The position numbers and the translations under genes were made by a program. DNA of 63,345 bases, the filler included. It is 7 parts of 7 records of this genome, joined end to end, with 100 filler letters (N's around TTAATTAATTAA, not from the genome) between each part and the next. Parts side by side here need not be neighbours in the genome. Positions count along the whole stretch, not along the records: positions 1 to 8,820 come from SRR20825019_1976; positions 8,921 to 25,148 come from SRR20825019_1980; 5 more parts are not named here. The stretch is one strand, 5' to 3'. Below, one piece after another: positions 1 through 10,277 of this stretch. Each line of letters starts with the position of its first letter. Position 1 is the first letter of the stretch. Below the pieces are notes generated by a model. The model did not search any database and had not been told where the DNA came from. It saw only the letters and a list, made by a program, of their open reading frames with translations.

Positions 1-234
1 TTAGATTTATCCCCCCTAGAGGCAGTGTCTACCATTCCCGCCTTCTTTTTGGGGAAGTGTTCCAGTCTACAACATCTAGACCTCTCTAAGATGCTCTCGG
101 TGAAGTCGGTTGACAAGGAGGGGTTCCTGTTGAGGGCTGACCCCCAAGGCATAGTACTGCCTGCCCCTCCTAGCTCCCAGTCTTTGGTAGATGCCCTTGC
201 GAATCGACAACCACCACCACATAAAAATAAATGA
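1..234 (+). CDS. 3' end of a BspA/LRR_5-type leucine-rich repeat protein (5' truncated by the window edge)
   Basis: Frame 1 is open from base 1: LDLSPLEAVSTIPAFFLGKCSSLQHLDLSKMLSVKSVD, matching the LxxLDLSxLxxVxxIxxxFLxxCxxL repeat; TGA at 232-234. Confidence 0.75.
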   Translation, partial: LDLSPLEAVSTIPAFFLGKCSSLQHLDLSKMLSVKSVDKEGFLLRADPQGIVLPAPPSSQSLVDALANRQPPPHKNK

Positions 235-478
235 CGAACACACTCAACACACATATCCTCCCAGCTAATATGGGTACACCCACATTTATCGACCAACCTC
301 ATCATCCTTAAACTGCTTACCACTTGCGTATATAATTTTCAATTTGAGAGTTCCAATTTTTAAAACTGTTTGGCGTGCCGGATTACGTGATGTGCTTCTT
401 TAAATATGTGTCTCCCCGCCTCACAATACATTTCCACCTTTAAAGCAAGCCCCCCCTTACTGATACACACATTTTCGT

Positions 479-2239
479 ATGTCTACCATTGCTACCAACA
501 GGTCTAGGAGAAGGCCGATATTATTCTCTCGTAGCCTAGTCGCAGTGCTAACATGTATACTTATCGTAGTTAGTGTTAGTGTTGTTGTTTTTGGTGGAGG
601 GGGTAGTAGTGGTGGTGACCTGACACAAACACCAACACCACCATACACCGCTAACAACGGGCATACTATTTCTCACCCAGGTGGTGATGTATCCTCAACT
701 CCACAATTATCACCATTGCCACCAATATTATCTCCTACTACTACTCCTCTAGTAGTGCTGTTTGTTGGGGATAGTCTTACCCAGGGCATAGGGAGGGTGA
801 TGTGGTCGTACCGAGAGGCCCTTATACTCAAGATGGAGGAGGGTGCTAGAAGTAAAGAAACCCCATCCCCTATAACATATGTAGGAAGCCACACACGGCC
901 ATGTCTCATTGCACAGCCTAATGAGAGTTACTACTCTAGAGAGGAGGTACGGGCTGGGAAGCAGCCAAGGGGGCGGAAGGAATGGACCGTGTCATCCCCA
1001 TCAGAGAAGCAACAACAACAACGTGGAGGTAGTGATATCATCCAATCGAAAAAGGCCGACGATATTGATAATATTCCTGTTATTGACGATTATGAGAGGT
1101 TATTATCCAACCGTAATCGCCTCACACAGGATGGTGTTATACCCCCAGCCATAGGCCGTCACTTAGATCGATTGGCTGCGTTTGGGTCGGTCAACACACA
1201 CTACAACGACCTAGGGGCCTTACCATTGTCTCCCCTATCGCTACATCGTCATGAGGGGTATTGTGGGAGGACGTCAGCTAACGTAGTGAAGGGGTTGACG
1301 GCGGCAGTATCGAGAAGGGACGCTGCCTTTCCATTGCCCCCTACGCTTCTTAACATCCACATTGGTACCAACGATGCTGTATCTGTAGCGCGTCTATGTA
1401 AAATTAAGGAGGCGCCCAAGTTCTTTCATCAGGCAGTTGAATGGAGTCGCCGAGAGAAACAAGAAGGTGGTGAAGATAGATCATCAAACAACAAGAAGGG
1501 GGGTGTGTTGTTGGAGGTGGGCGGTAAGCATTCTGCTACAAGTGAATACTTCCTCTCTGAGGAGTTTGATGACATGATGCGTACATGGTCCACAGCTGAT
1601 GGAGAGGGGGTTAAATCGCTCTCGTCGTCATCGTCGTCGACAGTAGCGCTTCTTGACAAAAAAAAGGCGATGCTTAAGCGATATGGGGTCGACATGGGGA
1701 GGTCGTATACATGTGCAAGAAAACTACTGGCGGGGAGTAAGTCGTCACCAGAAGATGCTTCCAACAACTCCCCCCCAACAACAACAACACCCCCTCCTAC
1801 AGTGTTCAACAGCATACTAGGTATTGTTGCCCAGGCCCAACGATTACACATCCAGCACCATCATCATCGCAAAAAGCAAGGTTCAGGCACCACCACCACC
1901 ACCACTGCAAATAATATTGTGTTGTTAAATGTTGTCATAGGTGTACCCCCTCCCCTTAGACTTCCTGCTGCCGAATTGGCCCTCGAGGAGGCAGTAAGAA
2001 CGGCATGCGACGAGCTCAATGATCCTCACTCACAACACCATCTTCCTACACAGTCCAATATTAGTAGTACTAAGGCCATTGTCCTCATCTTTAAGCTACG
2101 ATGTGTTGTGGTAGCTATTCCACAGTATAGCTGGGTGATCAGTAAGGATACCGTCGACACAGTTCATCCCTCCTACTCTGGTGCAAAAAAGCTGGCCGAT
2201 ATTTGGCATCATACCCTCACTGTAAACAAGTTTTTGTAA
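479..2239 (+). CDS. SGNH/GDSL hydrolase (CE3/XynB-like) with an N-terminal type II membrane anchor
   Basis: All four SGNH blocks in order: FVGDSLT, HEGYCG, IHIGTND, DTVHPS. Basic N-terminus, then hydrophobic LVAVLTCILIVVSVSVVVF and a Pro/Thr stem. No introns. Confidence 0.8.
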   Translation: MSTIATNRSRRRPILFSRSLVAVLTCILIVVSVSVVVFGGGGSSGGDLTQTPTPPYTANNGHTISHPGGDVSSTPQLSPLPPILSPTTTPLVVLFVGDSLTQGIGRVMWSYREALILKMEEGARSKETPSPITYVGSHTRPCLIAQPNESYYSREEVRAGKQPRGRKEWTVSSPSEKQQQQRGGSDIIQSKKADDIDNIPVIDDYERLLSNRNRLTQDGVIPPAIGRHLDRLAAFGSVNTHYNDLGALPLSPLSLHRHEGYCGRTSANVVKGLTAAVSRRDAAFPLPPTLLNIHIGTNDAVSVARLCKIKEAPKFFHQAVEWSRREKQEGGEDRSSNNKKGGVLLEVGGKHSATSEYFLSEEFDDMMRTWSTADGEGVKSLSSSSSSTVALLDKKKAMLKRYGVDMGRSYTCARKLLAGSKSSPEDASNNSPPTTTTPPPTVFNSILGIVAQAQRLHIQHHHHRKKQGSGTTTTTTANNIVLLNVVIGVPPPLRLPAAELALEEAVRTACDELNDPHSQHHLPTQSNISSTKAIVLIFKLRCVVVAIPQYSWVISKDTVDTVHPSYSGAKKLADIWHHTLTVNKFL

Positions 2240-2330
2240 AGTATAGCAACATTTTTATATTACCGGTATTAGAAAACTTTGTGAATGTTTGATTTAAACT
2301 TTATTGTTATTTGTCTGAAATCATCATCAT

Positions 2331-2396
2331 CTTATTTTTTCTCTCTCCACTCTCAATCCACTAACATTTAAAAAGAAAAACAGATAGCTCTTACAG
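2331..2396 (+). promoter_or_regulatory. Candidate polypyrimidine tract and AG trans-splice acceptor
   Basis: TCTTATTTTTTCTCTCTCCACTCTC followed by CAG/TAG/CAG about 35-50 nt upstream of the ATG at 2430. This fits kinetoplastid SL trans-splicing (inference). Confidence 0.4.
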
Positions 2397-2429
2397 GTAT
2401 ATTGGTATTAAAATAACACACACGCCCAT

Positions 2430-5400
2430 ATGGCTCAGTCTATTCAGGAATTCGTCGAAAGTCGCCGCACGGCGAGAATGACTCATGAGCCCCAGGTTAA
2501 CCCCGACGAGATTGTCATACGGTCCTTCCTCGGCCCAGCCGCCTTGGCGAAAAGGATTGAGACGCAACAGGCCATGGTCCGCGCCCAAAGGGAGTCGCAC
2601 GAAAACGATCAGAAGGTTCACATTCAAGAGCAAATGCGTATTCAACAACAGTTGGAGGCTCGCTATCGTCCTGCAGGGGCCACGGCCTCGTCGCCGGGTC
2701 GACACTCCCAAACAGCAGATACCACAGCTGCCCCTACCGGTCCCCCATCCGTTTCCCAACAACAACAGGATCTCGTTGACAAGTACAGGCGCCAGATGGA
2801 GGAGGAGCAGAAGGCGCGGGCTGTGGCCTCCAGGGTAGGGCCCTTCCTCCGCCTCAGGTCAAATGCGGAAGATGACAGGAGGGCAGCTTTACGGGCCACC
2901 ACCGCCCCAAGTGCATCTGTAGCCAATAATAACAACACCATTAGGAGTCTTGGATCTACTGCAAAGAAGTCACAGAAGTTGGACAACACCTCACGGTCCG
3001 ATGGGGGAGGTCGTGGGAGGGCGTCCCCACTCTCCGTGGAGGGTACTGGTGGCGGGCAGCAGAATGTGGGCCAGCCCCAGCCTCCCCGTCACAATGGGCC
3101 GAGGTATGTTATCCACACAGGTATGTCGGTCTTTCATGATGATATCCCTTCGAAGCCCAGCACTGCTAATGGTAGGCCCCATGCTGCCAATACTACTGCT
3201 GTGGGTGGTGCGAACTCTGACAGCACTATTATTGCATCATCATCTAGCGGTGGTGGTGTTGAGGGCGGCGGTACACTGTCGTCTACAACTACCAAGCCCC
3301 TGCCCCTGACGACAGATTCACTATCCCCTCAGATCTCCGCGGCTACTGGTATGATGCAAGGGGCGACGACGGCTACTGGTCACGATAGTGTGGATAGACC
3401 CTCCACCCAGCAACACCACCGACAGCCTCCGCCTCCACTGTTTGCAAACCCCTCAAGCTTAGTACGAGATGAGGTAGCGCATAGGTCTATTCATCAAGGG
3501 CCTGTCATCTTTAACTACTCCCCCCGACAACAACAAAAGCAGAGTATTAATGGTGGGTGTACCTACTATGATGACAATGCCATCAGGCCTCAAGCCTCCT
3601 CCTCCCCACATTCATCTCCCTCCCCTGGATCTCGCTACTCCACTGCTGGCAGCCCAACTACGTCTCGTGGTCAGCAACTCCCCCAAATTAACAACAGTGG
3701 CACCTCCCCAACTACGTCATCGCTTCGACATGTGCCCCTTGAGCTGCAGCCACTTGTGGTAAGTGTTGGCAACGACCCAAAGCAGTATGTAACTCCTACA
3801 CCAGTCTCAAAGTGGTACCCCTCCCTCCAGACACGTCTGGCCGAGAAGGCTGCCCTGGAACTCGCCGCCAACCCACCGCCAGAGCCTGAGCCAACCATTG
3901 CCAATGGTGACACCCCACCCCTTGGCACAACCGCCCCATCGGCATCCCCACCCCCTAAGAAGAAAAAGAAGGCCCCCGTTGATACATCTGTCGTATCGGC
4001 TGCATCACTCTCCCCTACTCTCGGAGCTGCCTTGGAGCTCAACATCAAGTCTTCCCTCTACGACGCCACTCTTTCTGCACAAGCGCATAAGCACAGGGAC
4101 AAGATATGGGAGGTGGCGATGCAGTTCCAGCAACCTCCACCGCCACCTGTCATTAAAAAGAAGAAGGCTTCAGTATCTGGCCCCGGAGCGAAGCGAATGA
4201 GCAGCGTTAGTGCCGGAAACCGCGGATCCACTCCCCCTAAGAAAAAGAAGGGTGTCCAGGGCCCTCCCCCTGATCCCACCACCACTATCCACCCTAACCT
4301 CCGCTCCATCTTCTCCCAGCTTCGTTCCGTAACAGACGACCAATGCCGCATCTCCTCCCTCAAGTTCACACAGGCAATGAAGGAACTGGGCGTCACTGAC
4401 CTTACCCACATCAACAGTATATTCCTACACATGGAGAGCAAGAATACCTGCCCCGGATATGTACAGCTGGGTTCGGCAATGGCTGTGTTCCACCAGCTAC
4501 TGAACGGGGAGTACACCCGACAGCTGCTAGCTGATGTATGCTTCGATCTGTTTGATTTAGATGATAGGGGCTATATCCACAAGGCCCATCTGGACTGTCT
4601 AAGGTACCTACGAACAGGGCTTGACGGAGGGACGAATCAACAAAACAAGAACAACAACAACGCTACGTCTTCGTCATCGAACACAGTAGTAAGTGGCAAT
4701 ATATCGGAGTACACTACCACCTCCTCGGAGGTGGAGGAGGCCCTCAGACTCTCTAGTCGAAAGTGTGCGAGACACATCCTAGTCGAGGAGGAGGAGAGGC
4801 GTAATAAGCTCGATGTGTTGGTCGGTAAGAAGGGGTCCCTCAATGTAAGTAATTTGATACCCAATGCACCCCCACCACAGCCAACTAACCACAACCGCTA
4901 TGACCATTTCGAGCTGCCCCAAAGTAGTGCCGCCCCCCAGTCGTCAACCATCCCAACTGCTACAAATGATAGCTTCCACACTGAGGGAAATGCAGCACCC
5001 TCTACCAACTTTCTTGGGACGAATGCCAATGTCATTAATCCCGATACCCAGCCATCTGTGCCCCATGCTCTCTGCACGCCACATATGGTGCGGGTACTGC
5101 AGGGGCTGTTCATTGATGTGCGTATTGCCGAGGAGGAGGAGTACATCGCACGGGTGATCCGAAAAGGAAAGAAGGGCAAAGCAAGTAAGAAGAAGCTGCC
5201 TGCACTCCCTGCTACCCAAAATAGCTACATCCCCATCAGCAACATGCGAGTCGCACACATCAGCAGGGAAGCATTCCGTACGCACTTCGCAACGAGCCCA
5301 CATCTTGTGGAGGCATTCGCATGCAGATGGTTGCTACTGCTTGCGGTTGGGGATCATGAGCAGCTTGTTCTGGATGATGGTGCCCTCACTCAAAGTAATG

Positions 5401-5540
5401 TCTTTGTGGACGAGGATGATGAGGATGTGGCCTCCAAGCCTACTACCTTCAGACTCGTTTCGATGGCGGATGTGGCCTTGACTGCCATCGATAGGTACGA
5501 GAACCCACCCACTTTCCCTCCTGCTCCTACTACTAGCTAG
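2430..5540 (+). CDS. Large low-complexity protein with an EF-hand (calcineurin B/NCS-like) region
   Basis: 1036-aa intronless ORF; CFDLFDLDDRGYIHKAHL fits an EF-hand loop, preceded by degenerate EF-like helices; poly-Lys/Pro tracts. Confidence 0.7.
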   Translation: MAQSIQEFVESRRTARMTHEPQVNPDEIVIRSFLGPAALAKRIETQQAMVRAQRESHENDQKVHIQEQMRIQQQLEARYRPAGATASSPGRHSQTADTTAAPTGPPSVSQQQQDLVDKYRRQMEEEQKARAVASRVGPFLRLRSNAEDDRRAALRATTAPSASVANNNNTIRSLGSTAKKSQKLDNTSRSDGGGRGRASPLSVEGTGGGQQNVGQPQPPRHNGPRYVIHTGMSVFHDDIPSKPSTANGRPHAANTTAVGGANSDSTIIASSSSGGGVEGGGTLSSTTTKPLPLTTDSLSPQISAATGMMQGATTATGHDSVDRPSTQQHHRQPPPPLFANPSSLVRDEVAHRSIHQGPVIFNYSPRQQQKQSINGGCTYYDDNAIRPQASSSPHSSPSPGSRYSTAGSPTTSRGQQLPQINNSGTSPTTSSLRHVPLELQPLVVSVGNDPKQYVTPTPVSKWYPSLQTRLAEKAALELAANPPPEPEPTIANGDTPPLGTTAPSASPPPKKKKKAPVDTSVVSAASLSPTLGAALELNIKSSLYDATLSAQAHKHRDKIWEVAMQFQQPPPPPVIKKKKASVSGPGAKRMSSVSAGNRGSTPPKKKKGVQGPPPDPTTTIHPNLRSIFSQLRSVTDDQCRISSLKFTQAMKELGVTDLTHINSIFLHMESKNTCPGYVQLGSAMAVFHQLLNGEYTRQLLADVCFDLFDLDDRGYIHKAHLDCLRYLRTGLDGGTNQQNKNNNNATSSSSNTVVSGNISEYTTTSSEVEEALRLSSRKCARHILVEEEERRNKLDVLVGKKGSLNVSNLIPNAPPPQPTNHNRYDHFELPQSSAAPQSSTIPTATNDSFHTEGNAAPSTNFLGTNANVINPDTQPSVPHALCTPHMVRVLQGLFIDVRIAEEEEYIARVIRKGKKGKASKKKLPALPATQNSYIPISNMRVAHISREAFRTHFATSPHLVEAFACRWLLLLAVGDHEQLVLDDGALTQSNVFVDEDDEDVASKPTTFRLVSMADVALTAIDRYENPPTFPPAPTTS

Positions 5541-6320
5541 GATCTATATCTACGATGTTATTGACTCATCATCATCTTCTTCGTATGTATGTAGAAATGC
5601 AGTTGGAAGTCCCCGCCCCCAAGCCAGTCATGATGATGCACGCAAACACACAAACACAAACGTGTTGAAAATGGGTGTAGAGAGGAAGAGCCCCCTCATC
5701 TCTCACACCCTACCCCCATCCCATATTAAAATTCCAATGTACCACCAACGTTATTAAAAATCTGTATTCTTCAAAACGCTCTCAGCTGTATGGATTCTAT
5801 TCTGTGTATAAATATGTGTACACACATTGCTGACACAATTATTGTTAAATGTAACTTTCCCCCTTTCACTATTTTTAACATTTATTTTTAAAGCGATATC
5901 ATATCATTTCAAAGTGATCTGAATTCATTTAACAACAATCGACTGGCCCACATCCTTAAAAGTCTTAAGGATTTTAATCAACCATCGCGGATATAGTTTT
6001 TAAACATAGGAAGTCTTTCAGAATTGTTTGATCTGAAAGACACACAAAGCCCACACATATTTTTAGTAGAAGTGACTTTTCATTTCAAAACACGTAAGTG
6101 GTTGCCTACCACTCCTCCAATTCCCCCTTACACATATATTAGGTCAAACTCAACAGCCACTCCTCTGCTAACTACAAATATATCTCTCTCTATCCCACTC
6201 CTCGTCTTATCGTTAAATTAGAACAATCACCCTCACTTCCATTTATTTTAACAACACCATCTCCTTTTTGATTCATCACCACTTCGTATCAACATTGGGG
6301 CCTTTAGAATCAATACAACA

Positions 6321-7997
6321 ATGCTACCCCATTCATCATCATCTCGATCTTCTAGGTTGGGTAGCTCGGTATCCAAGGAGCTGCACTGCCCCCCGTCCCT
6401 CCTTCCACCCCCAACCTCCTCCAAGACTGTCGCAGCCACTACCAATACTAACGCCACCAAGCCATTATCTTCCCCATCCACCACCACCACCACCACCGCC
6501 ACCCTCTTCATCACCATCTTAGAGCTTCTAGCACCCCTTTCGCAAGCAAGGACGATTTCCACCTGTAAGAGGGTCGCAGCTGGATTTCGAGAAATCAAGT
6601 GCAAGGGTACGGTGGTTCCCATTGTTGCGACTAGGGTTGTTGTAGGAGGTGGGGAGCGTCCTATAAGTACTTCCGGCTCCTCGTCCCTTCCCCACCAACT
6701 TTGGCTACCGTCAAGCATGTTGTGCCCCAAGGTTATCACAACCCCAACATCTTCCAACCCATCACAACAAAAACAGCCAGCGACTACGGAAATCGAGATG
6801 GAGCGTAATGGTGCAAGTCATACCCTGTTATCTAACAAGAATGTTCCCGCTGCGGCCGCGGCTGCCCCGCAACAAGGGGGTGACATAGACAGCAGTGTTC
6901 CACAACAAGTAGACCTAGGGTGTGGTGGTGGTACTGATGTGCGTCAGTCCTACCAATCTATCACCACCGCCACAGCCTCCAACTCAAGGGGAGGTGGCTC
7001 CAACCACGTGGGTTGCCTTGTCAATGCCAATAGGTCAGGGGAGTGGTCGTTCGGGGACACTTCCCTCCGACTAGATAATAGTGGTAATGGGGATGCCTTT
7101 TCGGCTTGTACCATGCAACCCTCACCAGTACCACAACTTAAGGACACACTGTGCCAAATCGCACCCATCTCCCTGACGAGCCCCCATACTACCAACCTAG
7201 CCCTTACCGTCAACATTGCCCTCCTCGCAGCCCGTGACCACGAGCAGTGTTGGGTTGACGTTGATGGAGGCATTGTGATTGGAGACGGGTTCTGCAAAGG
7301 GCTTCAATGCCGATCGGTCAGTTTTGAGGGCACGCACCGTATCAAAGCAATTGGGAACCGCATGCTTCAAGGATGTACTGCCGAGTGTATCTCATTCGGA
7401 CCGATGCCGTGGGTTCGCAATGTGAGGAACGGGTGGATGAGCGGATGTGTAAACCTGCGCCGTGTAGACTTTGGAAGTGACTTCATCAGCCTGAAGCGTG
7501 TGGGGGATGGGTGGCTCCAAGGGTGCTCTCAGCTCCCACAGACAGATTTCAGCTCTTTCATATCGCTGGAGTCGGTTGGATGTGGATGGTTAGAGCATTG
7601 CATATCCCTTACTTCATTTAGGCTGAACAATCTAAATAATCTGCTGTGGATTGGATCTCGTTGTTTGGCTCGGTGCTCCCACCTCACCACTGTTACCTTC
7701 TCTTCCATGCCCAACCTCACAACGGTTGGGGACGGCTGGCTTAGTTATTGCCCAATGCTGAAAACGGCTGAGTTTACTCATTTACCTCGCCTTTCAGTTA
7801 TAGGGGCGCTCTGGGTCGCCGGATGTCCTCACATCGCCCTCGTCTCCCTCCTCGGTACTGACAATATCTGCAACGTCGGCCCTGGGTGGTTGATGTGGTC
7901 AGATGGGCCACAGGTGCAATGCACCGATACGGAGCGCAACAGGATCCAACACATGCTATTCGAATCTATCTCCTCAGTTGTGAGAGTTGACACCTGA
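6321..7997 (+). CDS. BspA-type LRR protein with a possible F-box-like motif
   Basis: About 9 C-terminal repeats such as LKRVGDGWLQGCSQL and LTTVGDGWLSYCPML; LFITILELLAPLSQARTISTCKRV resembles an F-box. Confidence 0.75.
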   Translation: MLPHSSSSRSSRLGSSVSKELHCPPSLLPPPTSSKTVAATTNTNATKPLSSPSTTTTTTATLFITILELLAPLSQARTISTCKRVAAGFREIKCKGTVVPIVATRVVVGGGERPISTSGSSSLPHQLWLPSSMLCPKVITTPTSSNPSQQKQPATTEIEMERNGASHTLLSNKNVPAAAAAAPQQGGDIDSSVPQQVDLGCGGGTDVRQSYQSITTATASNSRGGGSNHVGCLVNANRSGEWSFGDTSLRLDNSGNGDAFSACTMQPSPVPQLKDTLCQIAPISLTSPHTTNLALTVNIALLAARDHEQCWVDVDGGIVIGDGFCKGLQCRSVSFEGTHRIKAIGNRMLQGCTAECISFGPMPWVRNVRNGWMSGCVNLRRVDFGSDFISLKRVGDGWLQGCSQLPQTDFSSFISLESVGCGWLEHCISLTSFRLNNLNNLLWIGSRCLARCSHLTTVTFSSMPNLTTVGDGWLSYCPMLKTAEFTHLPRLSVIGALWVAGCPHIALVSLLGTDNICNVGPGWLMWSDGPQVQCTDTERNRIQHMLFESISSVVRVDT

Positions 7998-8820
7998 TTG
8001 AAGCAACTTGAAATAGCCTGTCCCACCCACGCACACCCCCGATAGTAGTTTTTCTCTCCCTTCATTTACTGAGAACGCAGAAGAAGTTATTTTTATATTT
8101 GTATGTTCATCAGAAAAGGGGCTTAGCGATAATCAGTTTTTTGGAGTTATATCCAACTGATATCACATATAAAACACACGTTGTTATTAGTGGGAAGAAA
8201 TGATGTGCACTATTACCGGGAAAGGAGAACAGCATGGCGTTCTTGGTAGAAATGCTGGTAGTGAAATGGTGATGACGGTTGACAAGACGGAAACGCAACA
8301 ACACATCCACATCATATAAACTTCAACTCTAGGTCTTGGTCTTGCATTCTTCCCACCTTCCCTTACAACTACCGCTGCTCATCAGACTCACATTTTCACT
8401 GGGGTATCTAGCAATAAAACAACATTACTTCCACAATAGCATACACACTACTACTACACTATATCCCATTTTCACCTCACACACATATTTATTGTTTTGT
8501 CTCTCAATGCCACATACCCCCCAGCTGAAGACTATATTGAGGGTTGGTCAGTGTCGTAGGGAATGAAGGACTATTTTCCACTGCAACACTCACCAACCCT
8601 TTACTTCTCTTTATGGGGGGTATAAAGGGTGTGCACGATCTGGACATCATAAAATTATATTTTGGGATACATGTCCAACACAATAGTACAACATATTTAT
8701 ATTATTTTCGAACATCGCTGGTGATATACTTTTCGAAATTCATTATTTAGGCTTAAAGAGTTGTCACGCACAAGCTACTCACATAGCTTTCCTACAAATG
8801 ATTGTAGTTTAATCCGGCAC

Positions 8821-8920
8821 NNNNNNNNNNNNNNNNNNNNNNNNNNNNNNNNNNNNNNNNNNNNTTAATTAATTAANNNNNNNNNNNNNNNNNNNNNNNN
8901 NNNNNNNNNNNNNNNNNNNN
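8821..8920. other. Artificial contig-joining spacer
   Basis: N44-TTAATTAATTAA-N44 with stops in all six frames; base composition changes abruptly across it. Confidence 0.99.
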
Positions 8921-9100
8921 AGTTTTAAACCAGGTAGGAAGTTTTTTTTCAATCTTTTTTCTGCTTTCTATTTGCTGAATTAGTTCTTGAACTAAAATAG
9001 TTTCAAAAGGGCTTCCAGCGAAAGCTAGTTTTGAAACTTCGGTGTTGTAATTTCGAATAAAATTTTGGACTTCGTTATTTAAAAGTTCTTTATTGTACAA
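8921..9100 (-). CDS. N-terminus of a THUMP-like/class I SAM-dependent methyltransferase (truncated)
   Basis: EVQNFIR...ELIQQIESRKKIEKKLPTW is typical of this Bacteroidota family, which usually follows the AI-2E transporter gene. Confidence 0.65.
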
Positions 9101-9103
9101 GGA

Positions 9104-10198
9104 TTACATATTTCGTGTGAGACGTTTTACAACTTTATATTCAGAAAGAAATTCTTTTGCAATTACTTTTAAAGCTGTATAGGTAGGGACAGCAAGGATC
9201 ATCCCAGGAATGCTAAAAACAAAACCGCCAATTAAAATAACCATAAAAATTTCTAAAGGGTGGGAGCGAACACTATGTCCAAAAATAACAGGTTGTGATA
9301 TAAAATTATCAAAAATTTGCGCAATAGAATAACCCGCAGTTGCTATTAAAAGTAAAGGAAGTAGCCCAGATGAAAAATCTGCTCCTAAATTATTTGAAAC
9401 TACAACAAGTAATACCAAAACCCAGCCAATAACAGGGCCTAAATACGGGACTATATTTAAAAATGCACAAATTAATGCAACTGCTACAGCATCATTTATA
9501 TCTAAATAAAGTAATAAAACCGAATAAAATAATGAGAGAATAAAAATTTGCACTAATAGCCCAATAAAATAACGAGATAGTAACTCTTTAATTTTAATTA
9601 GAATTCTTTTAAATCTTTCTTCATCACCAGTTTTGGCAAAAGCGAGTACCGAACGGGCGATAAGGCTTTCATCTTTCAAAAGAAAAAAGGAAATAAATAA
9701 TACCGAGAAAATTCCAATAATAGTACTAGCAAGGTTTCCGAAGAAAATATCTATAAAACTTGGAATTATTTCAGCATTTAGATTTTGAATATAGGTAGTT
9801 CTTTTTATGGCTTCAACCAACTGAAAATGTTCAACGCCAAGATAATCACTAGCTTGGATGTTTAGTTCATTAAGATCTTGTTTAACCTGCTCAAAATCTA
9901 TTTGAGAGATGTGCTTTCCTTGTTCGATAATTATGGGAACAAAAATGCTAAGTAGTAAACTAAAAGTACCAATTATCATTAAAAGGGTTACCACTGAAGC
10001 AAAAGTGTTTCTAAACTTCAGTCTTCTTTTCAAAAATAACACAACGGGTCGTCCGATTAGGGATAAAACAACTGCAAGACCAATGTAGAGAATAAGTGCT
10101 TGGATTTCGAAAAGAAACCATATAAAAATAAAAACAGCCGCTAAAACAGCGAGTGCTTTTAATATACCGATAGTTATAGCTTTTGCGGTGGTTTTCAC
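9104..10198 (-). CDS. AI-2E family transporter
   Basis: Multi-TM protein with LNIVPYLGP, QIFDNFISQPVIFG, HPLEI and GMILAVP motifs; GTG start. Confidence 0.92.
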   Translation of the reverse strand: MKTTAKAITIGILKALAVLAAVFIFIWFLFEIQALILYIGLAVVLSLIGRPVVLFLKRRLKFRNTFASVVTLLMIIGTFSLLLSIFVPIIIEQGKHISQIDFEQVKQDLNELNIQASDYLGVEHFQLVEAIKRTTYIQNLNAEIIPSFIDIFFGNLASTIIGIFSVLFISFFLLKDESLIARSVLAFAKTGDEERFKRILIKIKELLSRYFIGLLVQIFILSLFYSVLLLYLDINDAVAVALICAFLNIVPYLGPVIGWVLVLLVVVSNNLGADFSSGLLPLLLIATAGYSIAQIFDNFISQPVIFGHSVRSHPLEIFMVILIGGFVFSIPGMILAVPTYTALKVIAKEFLSEYKVVKRLTRNM

Positions 10199-10277
10199 AA
10201 AGTAAATATACTATTTTCCAATGTAGGAAAAATCAAAGTTATGTTAAGGAATGAAAAGCTAATGTTTAAAAATCGAG

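Noticed and set aside
5625-5840. Possible C/D snoRNA (ATGATGA box) in the kinetoplastid-like intergenic region
   Set aside because: There is no D box at a suitable distance and no terminal stem.
8024-8820. Short ORFs after the LRR gene
   Set aside because: The sequence is AT-rich and UTR-like, with no motifs and mostly non-ATG starts.
8821-8920. TTAATTAATTAA inside N-runs, repeated six times
   Set aside because: It is an artificial all-frame-stop linker. The bacterial/eukaryotic juxtapositions are therefore not evidence of HGT or of a multi-gene system.
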